Part shown: one piece after another, positions 26,130-35,242 of the stretch
Numbering within the stretch: position 1 is the first letter of the stretch
Layout: the number at the start of each line of letters is the position of its first letter
Origin: Thermoplasmata archaeon
Lineage (GTDB): Archaea > Thermoplasmatota > Thermoplasmata > RBG-16-68-12
Length of the DNA: 64,000 nucleotides
Reading direction: 5' to 3'
NCBI GenBank assembly: GCA_035636315.1
Contig: DASPZJ010000050.1
Location: forward strand, 34,831-98,830
Notes under the pieces: model-generated
The model's database searches: none
Told to the model about the DNA's origin: nothing
Seen by the model: only the letters and a program-made list of their open reading frames with translations
Program-made: the position numbers and the translations under genes

Positions 26130-27095
26130 ATGGACGACGAACCGGCGCCGCGTGCGCCACCGGACGGGGGCTCCGAGCTGCCCCCGGACCGTTGCCCGAA
26201 TTGCGGGGGACCTCTGAAGTCCTTCTGGGACCAGCCCGAGGCCCTTTGCCCGGAGTGCCGGATCTTTGTCGAGATCCTGCGGGCCGGGAGCGTGAGGGGC
26301 TCTCCATCCGAGCCGGTGGCCGAAAGCCTCCATCACCGCTTGGGGCTTGCGAAATACCATCTGATGTCCGAAGAGCTCGACGAGGAAGATCTCGAGGACG
26401 AGCCGCAGAAGGTCGAGCTCGAGGCCGGGCCGCCGGAGCGATACCCGCCGGCGCCTCCCGCCGAGAGACTGCCGCCGGAGCCCGCCGCCGTCGAGGCTTC
26501 GGGGGCCACAGCCATCGCAGTCGACGACCGATCGACGGAGGGCGATCTAGAACCGCCCGAGCCGCCCGCGCCCGAGTCCGACGCATCGATCCCGACCGAG
26601 GATGACGAGACCCCGCCCGAACCGTTGCCGCAGCCCGAGATCACGGTCGAGGAGATTCCCCCGCCCACGGACGCGGAGGCTGCTCCGGAGGTCGAGGTCT
26701 ATGGCGAGCAAGGCTCGCAGCTCGTGATCGAAGAGCCCGTCGAACGAGTGCCGCGGTACCGAGAAGTCCCGCCGCTTCCGATGGCTCAGGCGGAATCGGT
26801 CCAGGCGGCCGGGCGGGTCTCGTCCACGCGCCCGTTGAGGCCCCGTCGGAGTCACAGGGTGATCTTCTACGCCGGCGGAGTCAACGTGGCCTTCGGCGGC
26901 GCGGTCCTCGTCTTCGGTTCGTTTCTCCACGACTTCTTCCGCGTCCCATTCATCGGTGAGTCGTACGGCGTGTTCGGGCCGCTGAACCTGTTCGCCGCCC
27001 AACTCGGCGCCATCTTCGTGGTCCTGGGAGTCGTCGCCATGACGGCCGCGGCGCGCCGAGGCCGCCGTCCGACCCGTCAGACCGCGGGAGGCTGA
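26130..27095 (+). CDS. zinc-ribbon / Pro-Glu-rich / C-terminal two-TM membrane protein
   Basis: MDDEPAPRAPP...RCPNCGGPLKSFWDQPEALCPECRIF (Zn ribbon), ~200 aa acidic P/E-rich linker, C-terminal helices VIFYAGGVNVAFGGAVLVFGSFL and LFAAQLGAIFVVLGVVAMTAA. Same architecture class as 4987..6420. Track ORF starts at 26022, but M at 26130 is the more plausible start. Confidence 0.55.
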   Translation: MDDEPAPRAPPDGGSELPPDRCPNCGGPLKSFWDQPEALCPECRIFVEILRAGSVRGSPSEPVAESLHHRLGLAKYHLMSEELDEEDLEDEPQKVELEAGPPERYPPAPPAERLPPEPAAVEASGATAIAVDDRSTEGDLEPPEPPAPESDASIPTEDDETPPEPLPQPEITVEEIPPPTDAEAAPEVEVYGEQGSQLVIEEPVERVPRYREVPPLPMAQAESVQAAGRVSSTRPLRPRRSHRVIFYAGGVNVAFGGAVLVFGSFLHDFFRVPFIGESYGVFGPLNLFAAQLGAIFVVLGVVAMTAAARRGRRPTRQTAGG

Positions 27096-27099
27096 GAGA

Positions 27100-29523
27100 G
27101 TGGACCCCGACCGTGGATCTCGAGGCCTCGTGAGCCATTCCGCGGCGGCTCCCCGCAATCCGAGTTCGTCCCGCGGATGGACGAACGGCGCCCGTGGCCG
27201 CACGAACGGATTGGTGGAGAGCCGCGGCCGGACGAACGGGCTCGTCCACGGGATCGGCTTCACGAACGGGGTCCGGCTTCGGCAGAGCAAGTACGGCATC
27301 GTGGCGCCGGCTGACTACCGTCGGGTCGTAGCCTTCATCGCTGCGTGCGTCCTCGTGATGGTCGTCCTCGGCTATTTCTTCGGCACCCCGGAGCCGTACC
27401 GGTCGCCCTTCGCGGTGGACGGCAACTTCTCCGAATGGGCGTCGGTGCCGACGTACACCGATCCGGTCGAGGCGCTCCCTGCGAGCGCGGACCTCATCGC
27501 CTTCAAGGTCCATGCGGAGCCGGGCCGGCTCTTCGTGTACGCGGAGACGGCAGGGCCGATCTTCCCCGGCACCGGGGTATCGAGCCTCTATCTCCTCATC
27601 GACGATCCGTCGAGGCGAGGATACACCGTCCAGGATCGCGACGTCGACTTCCTCGCCGAGGTGTGGGGATGGGGCGGGCAGGTCCGGGGAACGGTCGTCC
27701 GTCAGTGGACCGGAGATCCGGACCGGGACAACGCGACGGCGTTCCGCAGCAGCGGCGCGTTTGATGCGGCGTCTGCCGGATCGGAGGTCGAGTTGATGTT
27801 GACGGACACCCAGGTCGGTCTCGATTCCGTGCCGGGCTGGCGCTTTGCCCCTGCGGTGCGACTCGGAGACGACTTGGACATTGGAGCCACGGTCGGGCGG
27901 CCCCTTGGCGCGCTCGTCGTGGAACAAATTCCCCTGACGAGTTCGATCGCGTCGCCGACGCCCGTTCTCGAACTGCACCTCCAAGCCCTCGGAGGGAGCG
28001 TTGAGGTCCGCAGCTTCCTGTTCAACCACACCGGGGGAGGGACGATTCTCACGCCGGCGCTCCCGTTCATCGTCGCCGTGGGCCAGCCGCCGCGAGTCGT
28101 GCAAATCACCCTCGATCCGTCGGGCCTGCCCGCCGGTTCCTTCGTGTCGCTACGCCTCGTAGGCGCAGACGCCGTCGCGGCGGGAAGTTCGGACCCGGTT
28201 CCGGCCACCATCACCGAAGAAGGCGTTCGATTCTATGTGGGCCCGACGCCATCCGCCTATGTGGTCGACGGCCTGTTCGCCGAATGGACGACCCCGGTCT
28301 TGGATCCCGCCGATCCCCTCCCCGCCTCGATCGACCTGCGTGGGACGGCGTTCGCGGTCCCGGCCGACGCGTTCTTCTACGTTCACACGGCGGGGAGCAT
28401 CCTCGCAGGGGCGATCCTCCCCGAGCAGAGGACGATCCCCGTGGCAGCCGGAAACGGCACCCCGCCGGCGCCGCAACCACCTCGACGGAACGCCGCGGAG
28501 GACGTGCTGGACATCTATGTGGACACGGACAACCGCGACGCCGTCGGGATGGCGATCGGTGGCATCGTCGCGAACCGGTTCCTCGAGGTCCGCGGTCGGA
28601 ACGGGCGCGTCGCCTCCGCGACGCTGTATGCGTGGAACAATGTCACCTGGCGGTGGGACCCGAGCGTCGGGCGGTTCGATGTCGCCCTCGTCGGATCGGA
28701 GCTCGAGGCATCCGCCGACGCCGCTTTCTTCGGTCCGATGAACGGGTCGCGAGCCGTGTACGCGACGACGGACTGGACCCACCGGACCGACCTGACGGAC
28801 ATCCCGGCGCCGGCTTCGGCGCCAACTCTGAAGACCCAGGTTTCTCCGCTCCATTCGCCGGTGCCGGACGAGATCACGGCAACTTCCCTCGTCAACACTC
28901 CGGTCATCGACGGAATCTGTGGCACGTCCCCGGACGAGTACCTCGGGGCGAGCGTCGCGAGCAATCCTTCCATGAGTTTCGCCATCGGCCGGCGCGACGA
29001 CACTCAGTTCCTGTACGTATGCATCCATGTGACCCTCGATACGACAAAGAGCCCGAACGACTGGGACGAGGTGATCTTCGACACGAAGCACGACGGCGGA
29101 GGCGCCCCGCAGACCGACGACCGCCTCCTCTATGTGTTCGGAAATGGCGATACGACCGTCACGACATGGCAGGGGAACGGGGTGGGATGGGACGCCACTT
29201 GCGGCAGCTGCGATTCCGGGGATGCCGGCGCGAGCCGGTACGCCGGTGGCATTGAGAGCTACGAATTCAAGGTCCGCTACACGGACGTCTGGTCGACCCT
29301 CACCCCCTCTCCCGGCCAGACCGCGGGGTTCGCGATCATCGACTACGACTTCAACCTCGGCGTGCTGCACACCTGGGGCGGGCCCACGGTCGACGAGAAC
29401 ATCCCGGACACCTGGGGGCATGTGTTCTACCCGATTCCCGAGTTCCCGATGGTGGCCCTTGGCGTGCTTCCCGCGGTGCTTATCCCCCTCCTCCGGCGGC
29501 GCGGCCGACGCGCTGCGCGGTGA
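27100..29523 (+). CDS. surface protein paralogous to the extracellular part of 20728..25278; N-terminal TNG repeats, TM, C-terminal PEF-CTERM sorting signal
   Basis: 807 aa. TNGARGRTNGLVESRGRTNGLVHGIGFTNG repeats, TM AFIAACVLVMVVLGYFF. VDGNFSEWASVPTYTDP...LIAFKVHAEPGRLFVYAETAGPIF aligns with IDGDFSDWSRFPAYADSP...LVAMKVATQDRNLFVEAQVQGLLF of the 1516-aa protein. C-terminus IPEFPMVALGVLPAVLIPLLRRRGRRAAR. Confidence 0.75.
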   Translation: MDPDRGSRGLVSHSAAAPRNPSSSRGWTNGARGRTNGLVESRGRTNGLVHGIGFTNGVRLRQSKYGIVAPADYRRVVAFIAACVLVMVVLGYFFGTPEPYRSPFAVDGNFSEWASVPTYTDPVEALPASADLIAFKVHAEPGRLFVYAETAGPIFPGTGVSSLYLLIDDPSRRGYTVQDRDVDFLAEVWGWGGQVRGTVVRQWTGDPDRDNATAFRSSGAFDAASAGSEVELMLTDTQVGLDSVPGWRFAPAVRLGDDLDIGATVGRPLGALVVEQIPLTSSIASPTPVLELHLQALGGSVEVRSFLFNHTGGGTILTPALPFIVAVGQPPRVVQITLDPSGLPAGSFVSLRLVGADAVAAGSSDPVPATITEEGVRFYVGPTPSAYVVDGLFAEWTTPVLDPADPLPASIDLRGTAFAVPADAFFYVHTAGSILAGAILPEQRTIPVAAGNGTPPAPQPPRRNAAEDVLDIYVDTDNRDAVGMAIGGIVANRFLEVRGRNGRVASATLYAWNNVTWRWDPSVGRFDVALVGSELEASADAAFFGPMNGSRAVYATTDWTHRTDLTDIPAPASAPTLKTQVSPLHSPVPDEITATSLVNTPVIDGICGTSPDEYLGASVASNPSMSFAIGRRDDTQFLYVCIHVTLDTTKSPNDWDEVIFDTKHDGGGAPQTDDRLLYVFGNGDTTVTTWQGNGVGWDATCGSCDSGDAGASRYAGGIESYEFKVRYTDVWSTLTPSPGQTAGFAIIDYDFNLGVLHTWGGPTVDENIPDTWGHVFYPIPEFPMVALGVLPAVLIPLLRRRGRRAAR
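27178..27270 (+). repeat. degenerate ACGAACGG-type repeat encoding TNG units
   Basis: acgaacggcgcccgtggccgcacgaacggattg...cggacgaacgggctcgtccacgggatcggcttcacgaacgggg. Same nucleotide unit as 21904-22105. Confidence 0.5.
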
Positions 29524-29593
29524 CCCCGCCGGCAAGTCGATCGAACGGACCGAGACTCCGCTCCGAAGGCCCGCGAGCCGGATTTCTCCCGTT

Positions 29594-30562
29594 TCACCCG
29601 GGGAGGTCTAAGATGCCGACCAGCAGATTCCCCATCACGAAGGCGAGGACGAATCCGACGAAGAGCGGGACCATGAACGGGATTTGCGGCGTGACCCAGG
29701 CCCGCTTGATGCCTCGCGCCTGAAGCTGGGCGACCTGAGCGGCGGAATCCGCACCTCGCTTCGGGAAGAGGACGAGGACGTGCTCCCCGCCGTCCGTGAT
29801 TCGTTCCATCAGCCAGGCATGGCGGGGTTGCGGATCGAGCGGCGCGCGGTATCCCAGGAACGCCTGCGGGAATGCGAGGTCCCTGCGGACCGCGTTGTAC
29901 AGGACCAACCCGATCGGGACGGCGAGAGAAACGATCGCGGCGTCGACCCATACGACGAGGGAGAAGGGGAACGCGACCCGGATCACCGACTCCACCCGTG
30001 GGTCCGCCGTCAGAAGCGGGAACGGGCGAGCGTCGGGGTACGACGGGATGAGCAGGGTGAGCGCGATGAGCCCTTTGGTGTCGGCCCCGCCGTGGAGGAG
30101 CCGGACCCGATAGAAGAGCTGGTACACGATGAGCATCACGGGCATCGATGCGAGCTCCGCCAAGGGCGGTCCGGTGGAGGCGCTCAACCCGGTCCGGAGA
30201 GGTGCGAAGAACAGGACCGCGGCGGCGAGGAGCAGTAGGATTCGACCCGGCCGTGGATGGAATCCGGTGTCGTCGAAGAGCGGTTTGCCTAGGAACACGG
30301 CGTAGAACAGGATGGCGGCGGAGCCGACGAGCGACCACGCGGTCCACGGCGATCCCGCGCCAACGAGCTGGGCCCCGAGGAGGACGATGCCGAACGTTCC
30401 GAGCCCCATCCAAAGGGGATCCCGCACGCGGCGCGTCCGGACATCGGACATGGCCGCGACGAGGAGGCAGCCCGCGCCGACTGCGAGTCGCGTCGCCGCG
30501 AACGCGTCCACGCCGGCGCATTCCTGAGTCGTTATTTCAAGGGTTGCGTCTCTCGATCGCAA
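29594..30562 (-). CDS. archaeal type IV prepilin/preflagellin signal peptidase (A24 family, FlaK/PibD-like) with extended C-terminal membrane domain
   Basis: First catalytic Asp in AAMSDVRTRRVRDPLW (D-x-R-T-R-x-V/P motif) and second in LHGGADTKGLIALTLL (GxGDxK-type motif). Polytopic. 322 aa. Confidence 0.7.
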   Translation of the reverse strand: MRSRDATLEITTQECAGVDAFAATRLAVGAGCLLVAAMSDVRTRRVRDPLWMGLGTFGIVLLGAQLVGAGSPWTAWSLVGSAAILFYAVFLGKPLFDDTGFHPRPGRILLLLAAAVLFFAPLRTGLSASTGPPLAELASMPVMLIVYQLFYRVRLLHGGADTKGLIALTLLIPSYPDARPFPLLTADPRVESVIRVAFPFSLVVWVDAAIVSLAVPIGLVLYNAVRRDLAFPQAFLGYRAPLDPQPRHAWLMERITDGGEHVLVLFPKRGADSAAQVAQLQARGIKRAWVTPQIPFMVPLFVGFVLAFVMGNLLVGILDLPG

Positions 30563-30656
30563 TGGGTCGCTGCGAATCTCGCGGCAATGACTAAATAGAG
30601 CCTAGCAAATAGCCGCAAACATCGGAGGGTTTTCCGCCGTCTCCCGAGGGTCCGCG

Positions 30657-31208
30657 ATGATGGAACCGCGTCGGATGAAAGTAAAAGTCTGCCTCGTCGG
30701 GGAGCACGCGGTCGGCAAGACGTCCCTCATCAAACGCTACGTACTCAACGAGTACGACGACCGCTACATCGTGACGCTCGGCGCGAAGGTTTCCAAGAAG
30801 GAACTCGCCCTCACCCCGAAAGGCGCCGATCCGGTCCAGATGGACATGACGATCTGGGACATCATGGGGTCGAAGGGATTCCGAGAGCTGCTGCGGGAGG
30901 CATACTTCCACGGAGCCCAAGGCATCCTTGCTGTGGCGGACATCACGCGATACGACACGCTGGAGGACCTCGACTCCTGGGTCGAGTCCGTGTTCCGGAC
31001 CGTCGGCGAGATCCCTGTCACGTTCGCGATCAACAAGACGGACCTCAAAGAGCAGGCCGCGTTCGGCGAGGAGCAGGTGAAGCAGGCCACGGAGGCGTTC
31101 GACGCGCCCTACTTCTTCAGTTCGGCGAAATCCGGCGAGAACGTCGAACTCGTCTTCCGCACGCTCGGCGAGACGATTGCTCAGACCGCTTCGAAGTCCG
31201 CCGCCTAG
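30657..31208 (+). CDS. Ras-superfamily small GTPase (Rab/Ras-like)
   Basis: G1 KVCLVGEHAVGKTSL, switch II-like WDIMGSKGF (DxxG), G4 FAINKTD (NKxD), G5 FFSSAKSG (SAK). 183 aa. Confidence 0.7.
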   Translation: MMEPRRMKVKVCLVGEHAVGKTSLIKRYVLNEYDDRYIVTLGAKVSKKELALTPKGADPVQMDMTIWDIMGSKGFRELLREAYFHGAQGILAVADITRYDTLEDLDSWVESVFRTVGEIPVTFAINKTDLKEQAAFGEEQVKQATEAFDAPYFFSSAKSGENVELVFRTLGETIAQTASKSAA

Positions 31209-31294
31209 CGCGATTCGAGAGATCGGAAATCACGACCCACTCGTCGCCAGGTCGTCCGCCATAGCCTCAAGTATCCCAGGCTTTCTCCGCCCTC

Positions 31295-33589
31295 GTGGCC
31301 TCCCGGGGACCCGGCGCCGGTTCCGTCCGCGTGCGCGTCACGCGGGACCTCGGGCTCTTCGACGTCACGATGGCCGCCGTCGGGGCCATGGTCGGCGCCG
31401 CCATCTTCCTGCTAGTCGGCGCGACGTACACCGTCGCGGGGCCGTTCGTCCTCCTGAGCCTCGCGATCGCCGCGCTCGTCGCGATGCTCGCCGGGATGTC
31501 GTACGCGGAACTCGCGTCCGGCCGGCCGGATGCCTCCGGTGGGGCGTACGTCTGGGTGCGGAGCGCGCTGCCGTCGCCCGCGGGATTCCTGAGCGGCTGG
31601 CTCTCGTGGGGAGCGCACATGGCCGCCTCCGGACTCAGCGCCCTCGGCCTCGGGATCTTCCTAGTCGAGCTCGTCCGCCCCTCGAATCTGTCCTCGTTCT
31701 TCGGCCCGAATCCGCTCGACGTGAGCCTGGTCGCACTCGCGGTCTTGGCCCTCTCGGCGGTCGCGCATTTCGCGCGCGTCCACCTGCCGCTCCGCGCGCT
31801 CGGCCGATTGACGCTCGGGAAAATCCTGCTGATTGTCCTCGTCGCGGTCGTCGGGGCGATCTCCGTCTTCCAGCCTGGGATTCCTCGGGGCTTCGCCGTC
31901 GGCGCGCCGGTCTCGTCCCTCGACTTGATGCTCGGTGCCGGGGTCCTGTTCATCGCGTTCCAAGGCTTCGAAGTCGTCGCCCAGCTTTCCGACCAGGTGA
32001 AACATCCCGAGAGCAGCGTGCCGCGGGGCGTGTTCCTCGCGCTCGTGCTCGCGTTCCTCGTGTACGCGGGGTTTTTCCTCGCGGTGTTGGGCAACGTCCC
32101 GAGCGACCAGTTGTCCGGCTGGCCGGTGTGTTCGGCCTGTTTCGGCGGATCCGAAGACATGGTCCTCCTGGGCGTCCGGTATTTCCTCGGACAGCCGTAC
32201 GTGCGGGAGGCCGTGCTGATCATCGGGATCGTCTCGATGTACGGCGCCTTGAACTCAAACCTGACCGCGGCGATCAGGACGTCGTTCAGCATGGCGCGAG
32301 ATCGGCTCCTTCCGGCGCGGCTCGCCCGGATCGGCGGCCGGGAGGTCCCTCCGGCCGCGGTCGCCCTCACGTTCGTCGGCGCCGGCTTGCTCGTCTTCCT
32401 CACGATCGAGACGATCGCTATCATCGCGAGCCTCGCTTTCCTCGGTCTGTTCTCGTTCGTGCACGCCTCCGTCGTTGCGCTTCGGCGTGGGGAGCGCCGG
32501 AGCGCACCCGGATTCCGCGTGCCGCTGGTGCCGGCCGTCCCGATGGGCGCGATCGCGTTGAACCTGGCCCTCGGGGCCCTGCTGTGGAACTACCCGTCAA
32601 GGAGCGACGCGCCCATCCCGCCGGGGATGCTCGCCACGATTCTCGGCGCCCTCTGGCTCGCGATCGGCCTCGCGTACCACGGGTTCGTCGGCCGCCGCCG
32701 TCCGCGGCCCTCTCCGACGCCGGCGACGGTGACGGAGGTCCACGATATCCTCACGACGGGAGAGGAGCGGGTCGAACTTGAGCGATACAGGGTCTTCCTG
32801 CCGCTCCGGGAGTTTGAGGACCGCACGCTCGTGGACCTGGGGGCGCGGGTGGCGCGAGAACGAAACGGGGAGCTGAGCCTCTTGCACGTCGTCGAGATCC
32901 CGCGGAACCTGCCACCGAAAGCGATCCGCTTCGGATTCGTCGACGAGCGAATCCGCGGACTTCAAGCACTCGCGCGGATCGGCGAGGACCGCGGCGTCGA
33001 CACCCGTCCGGTCGTGAAGATCGGACACAAGGTGTACGAGATCATCCTGGACACGATCCGAGAGGAGGCGGTGAACCTCCTCATCATGGGGTGGCGCGGC
33101 GCGCGGATCGAAGGCGACCGGCGGGTGCTCGGGAGCAACATCGACTACCTGATCGAGAACGCCCCCTGCGACGTGATCGTGTTCAAGACCCAGGGATGGC
33201 GGCGACCGCTCCGGCGAATCGTCATCCTCACGAGCGCCATCTGGAGCCTCGAGGGGGTCGACGACCTCGCGCTCCTCCTCGCGGAGGACGATTCTCCGAT
33301 CCTCGAGGTCGTTTGCCTCGCGAGCGACCCGGCCGAGGCGGAGCGGCTGAAGCTCGACAGTGCGCACTTCGAAGGTCGTGCGCGGGAGCGCGGCGTGTCC
33401 GTCGAACCGAAGGTCGTCTATTCCACCCATTGGGAGTCCGAGGCGTTGCGGGAGAGCGGGGAGGCGTCGCTGTTGATGATTCGCGCCACGTCCCCGGGCG
33501 GACTCCGCAAATTCGCGTTGGGTCCGGTCGAGGATCGGATCGTCAAGCTCGCCAAGTGCCCGGTCCTCATCCTACGGAAGGGGGCTTAG
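31295..33589 (+). CDS. APC-family amino acid permease fused to two C-terminal universal stress protein (UspA) domains
   Basis: N-terminal ~470 aa with 12 TM helices (GLFDVTMAAVGAMVGAAIFLL...). C-terminal EERVELERYRVFLPLREFEDRTLVDLGARVARERNGELSLLHVVEI... and a second USP-like domain ...RIVILTSAIWSLEGVDDLALL.... Confidence 0.7.
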   Translation: MASRGPGAGSVRVRVTRDLGLFDVTMAAVGAMVGAAIFLLVGATYTVAGPFVLLSLAIAALVAMLAGMSYAELASGRPDASGGAYVWVRSALPSPAGFLSGWLSWGAHMAASGLSALGLGIFLVELVRPSNLSSFFGPNPLDVSLVALAVLALSAVAHFARVHLPLRALGRLTLGKILLIVLVAVVGAISVFQPGIPRGFAVGAPVSSLDLMLGAGVLFIAFQGFEVVAQLSDQVKHPESSVPRGVFLALVLAFLVYAGFFLAVLGNVPSDQLSGWPVCSACFGGSEDMVLLGVRYFLGQPYVREAVLIIGIVSMYGALNSNLTAAIRTSFSMARDRLLPARLARIGGREVPPAAVALTFVGAGLLVFLTIETIAIIASLAFLGLFSFVHASVVALRRGERRSAPGFRVPLVPAVPMGAIALNLALGALLWNYPSRSDAPIPPGMLATILGALWLAIGLAYHGFVGRRRPRPSPTPATVTEVHDILTTGEERVELERYRVFLPLREFEDRTLVDLGARVARERNGELSLLHVVEIPRNLPPKAIRFGFVDERIRGLQALARIGEDRGVDTRPVVKIGHKVYEIILDTIREEAVNLLIMGWRGARIEGDRRVLGSNIDYLIENAPCDVIVFKTQGWRRPLRRIVILTSAIWSLEGVDDLALLLAEDDSPILEVVCLASDPAEAERLKLDSAHFEGRARERGVSVEPKVVYSTHWESEALRESGEASLLMIRATSPGGLRKFALGPVEDRIVKLAKCPVLILRKGA

Positions 33590-34414
33590 CCCCTCGGGGG
33601 CGGGCGACTCCTCCCGGTCGGGCCTCCGCGACTCCCACGCGATCTGGGCGGCGGCGAGGAGCATGACGACGGCGAGGATCCCCGTCACGAACACGTCGCT
33701 CGTCCGGTGCAAGAGCGCGACGCCGACCGCGACGCCTCCGACCCCGACCCCTCCCATGATCGCCCCCAGGCGGACGGCACGGGGGGTCGCCTGCCCGAGC
33801 TGCCGATGCTTCCAGAGGCCCGCGAATTGCTGCGGCACGGAGACGAGGGAGCTGATCGTCCCCGCGACGATCGCCGGCAGTCCGAAGATCAGGATCAGGG
33901 CGGGAATGCGGTATTCCCCGCCCGCGACTCCTAGGAGCCCGGAGACCACGCCGATTCCGAAACCGGTGAGCAAGGCGAGTGCGGCCTGCTCCGCTCCGAA
34001 TGAGAACAGCCCCGGGTTATTCGACTGTAACAGCACGAGTCGGAGCGCCGTCGCCGCAAGAATCCCCGCAAGGAAGATCTTGAGCCACCTCGTGGGCGTC
34101 CGGCGGGCGAGGAGCGCCCCGGCATACGCGCCCGGGACCGACGTGACGATCATGGTCGCCGCCAGGAGCAGCGCATCGCTGCCCTGGAACAGCGCTCCTC
34201 GAAGGACCACGACGGCGACCGAGACGATCACGCCCGCCAGGAGATTCCCCGCGATCGTCCACCGGACGTTTCGGAGCAGGATGAGGAGGACCGGCGCGCG
34301 GTACTCCCCTCCTCCCACCCCCGCCACTCCGGCCACGACGCCGATCGGGAACGCGGCGATCGCCGCGACGACGTCGGCGCGCGAAAGACCGCGCGCGCTC
34401 GTTTCGGGAGTCAC
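33572..34414 (-). CDS. TauE/SafE-family (DUF81) anion exporter-like membrane protein
   Basis: Two internal repeats each beginning with a G-rich helix (GVVAGVAGVGGGEYRAPVL; GVVSGLLGVAGGEYRIPAL). 8 predicted TM. Confidence 0.6.
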   Translation of the reverse strand: MTPETSARGLSRADVVAAIAAFPIGVVAGVAGVGGGEYRAPVLLILLRNVRWTIAGNLLAGVIVSVAVVVLRGALFQGSDALLLAATMIVTSVPGAYAGALLARRTPTRWLKIFLAGILAATALRLVLLQSNNPGLFSFGAEQAALALLTGFGIGVVSGLLGVAGGEYRIPALILIFGLPAIVAGTISSLVSVPQQFAGLWKHRQLGQATPRAVRLGAIMGGVGVGGVAVGVALLHRTSDVFVTGILAVVMLLAAAQIAWESRRPDREESPAPEGLSPLP

Positions 34415-34502
34415 CCGGATTTCCTCCCTGACAGATGGATAGCCGGACGGAAAACCTGGATCGCGGACAAGGACGACACCTTCGAGCGGATCGCCGGACG
34501 GC

Positions 34503-34763
34503 TCAGACGAGGGTCACGTCGACGGTCTCCACGCTGCCGACTCCTGGAATCGCCGCGAGGGCCTGTTCGAGCGGCTCCGTCCCGCCGGAATCACTGACGA
34601 CGGCGATCGCGAGGATCGCGTTAAGACCGAACGCCACCGGCTGCTCCCGGAGGTCGCGCAGCGATCCGGCGAGGCTCGTCCGGACACGTGACTTGACCTC
34701 TTCGAGGTCCGTCTCGGCATCATCGGGCATGATCCGAAAGGTGATTGCGACGGAGCCCATCAT
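34503..34763 (-). CDS. ef1b: translation elongation factor aEF-1 beta
   Basis: MMGSVAITFRIMPDDAETDLEEVKSRVRTSLAGSLRDLREQPVAFGLNAILAIAVVSDSGGTEPLEQALAAIPGVGSVETVDVTLV. Canonical ~88-aa archaeal EF-1beta. Track ORF 34503..34919 carries a spurious N-extension. Confidence 0.85.
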   Translation of the reverse strand: MMGSVAITFRIMPDDAETDLEEVKSRVRTSLAGSLRDLREQPVAFGLNAILAIAVVSDSGGTEPLEQALAAIPGVGSVETVDVTLV

Positions 34764-34768
34764 GCACC

Positions 34769-34939
34769 TCAGGGGCCTTGGAACGAACAGACCGGGCAGC
34801 GATAGGAGACGGACTGGTCGCGACAGCGCGCGCAACGGCCGATCTGTCCTCGGCCGCAGCTCGGGCACACGAACACGGTCGTCCCTTTCCCGGTAAGGAC
34901 CGCCCCGCACGAGGTGCATCGGCTCTCGGCCCGGATCAC
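34769..34939 (-). CDS. Zn-ribbon RNA-binding protein (COG2888/DUF1610 type) conserved upstream of EF-1beta
   Basis: GTG start at 34939. Translation (M)IRAESRCTSCGAVLTGKGTTVFVCPSCGRGQIGRCARCRDQSVSYRCPVCSFQGP. Stop is 5 nt before the EF-1beta ATG. TTTTATAC (minus; plus 34961-34968) lies ~25 nt upstream. Absent from the ORF track. Confidence 0.7.
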   Translation of the reverse strand: MIRAESRCTSCGAVLTGKGTTVFVCPSCGRGQIGRCARCRDQSVSYRCPVCSFQGP

Positions 34940-35116
34940 GATCGTTGGGATGGAGTTGCCGTATAAAACATTGTGCTCGGGCCGACTTCTATTCTCTACA
35001 GAAGATAATTATGGACGACTCCTGCCGTGGGCCGGGGCTCGCTCGGTTCATCACCGCAAACTTTAATACGATGGCTCGATTAGGCGAACGGTCGCATGTC
35101 GCCGCCGCTAGCCGGA

Positions 35117-35242
35117 GGGCCCGTAGCTCAGCTAGGTAGGATGGCGATGGAACCGTCCCTAGAAAGAGCATCCGGCTTTTAGCCGCCTTCCCTCACCGGA
35201 GGGCGGGAAGAGACCGGGTGGTCCGGGGTTCGAACGGGCCCT
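35117..35242 (+). ncRNA. tRNA-like structured element (possible multi-intron or disrupted tRNA; unresolved)
   Basis: 5' GGGCCCGTAGCTCAGCTAGGTAG is a perfect tRNA acceptor+D-arm 5' half. 3' ...GGGGTTCGAA-CGGGCCC-T has a T-loop consensus immediately followed by the exact complement of the 5' acceptor strand. In between, TCCGG-CTTTTA...A-CCGGA forms a 5-bp anticodon-like stem with a UUU-containing loop. No complete cloverleaf can be drawn without invoking 2-3 introns. Confidence 0.25.
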
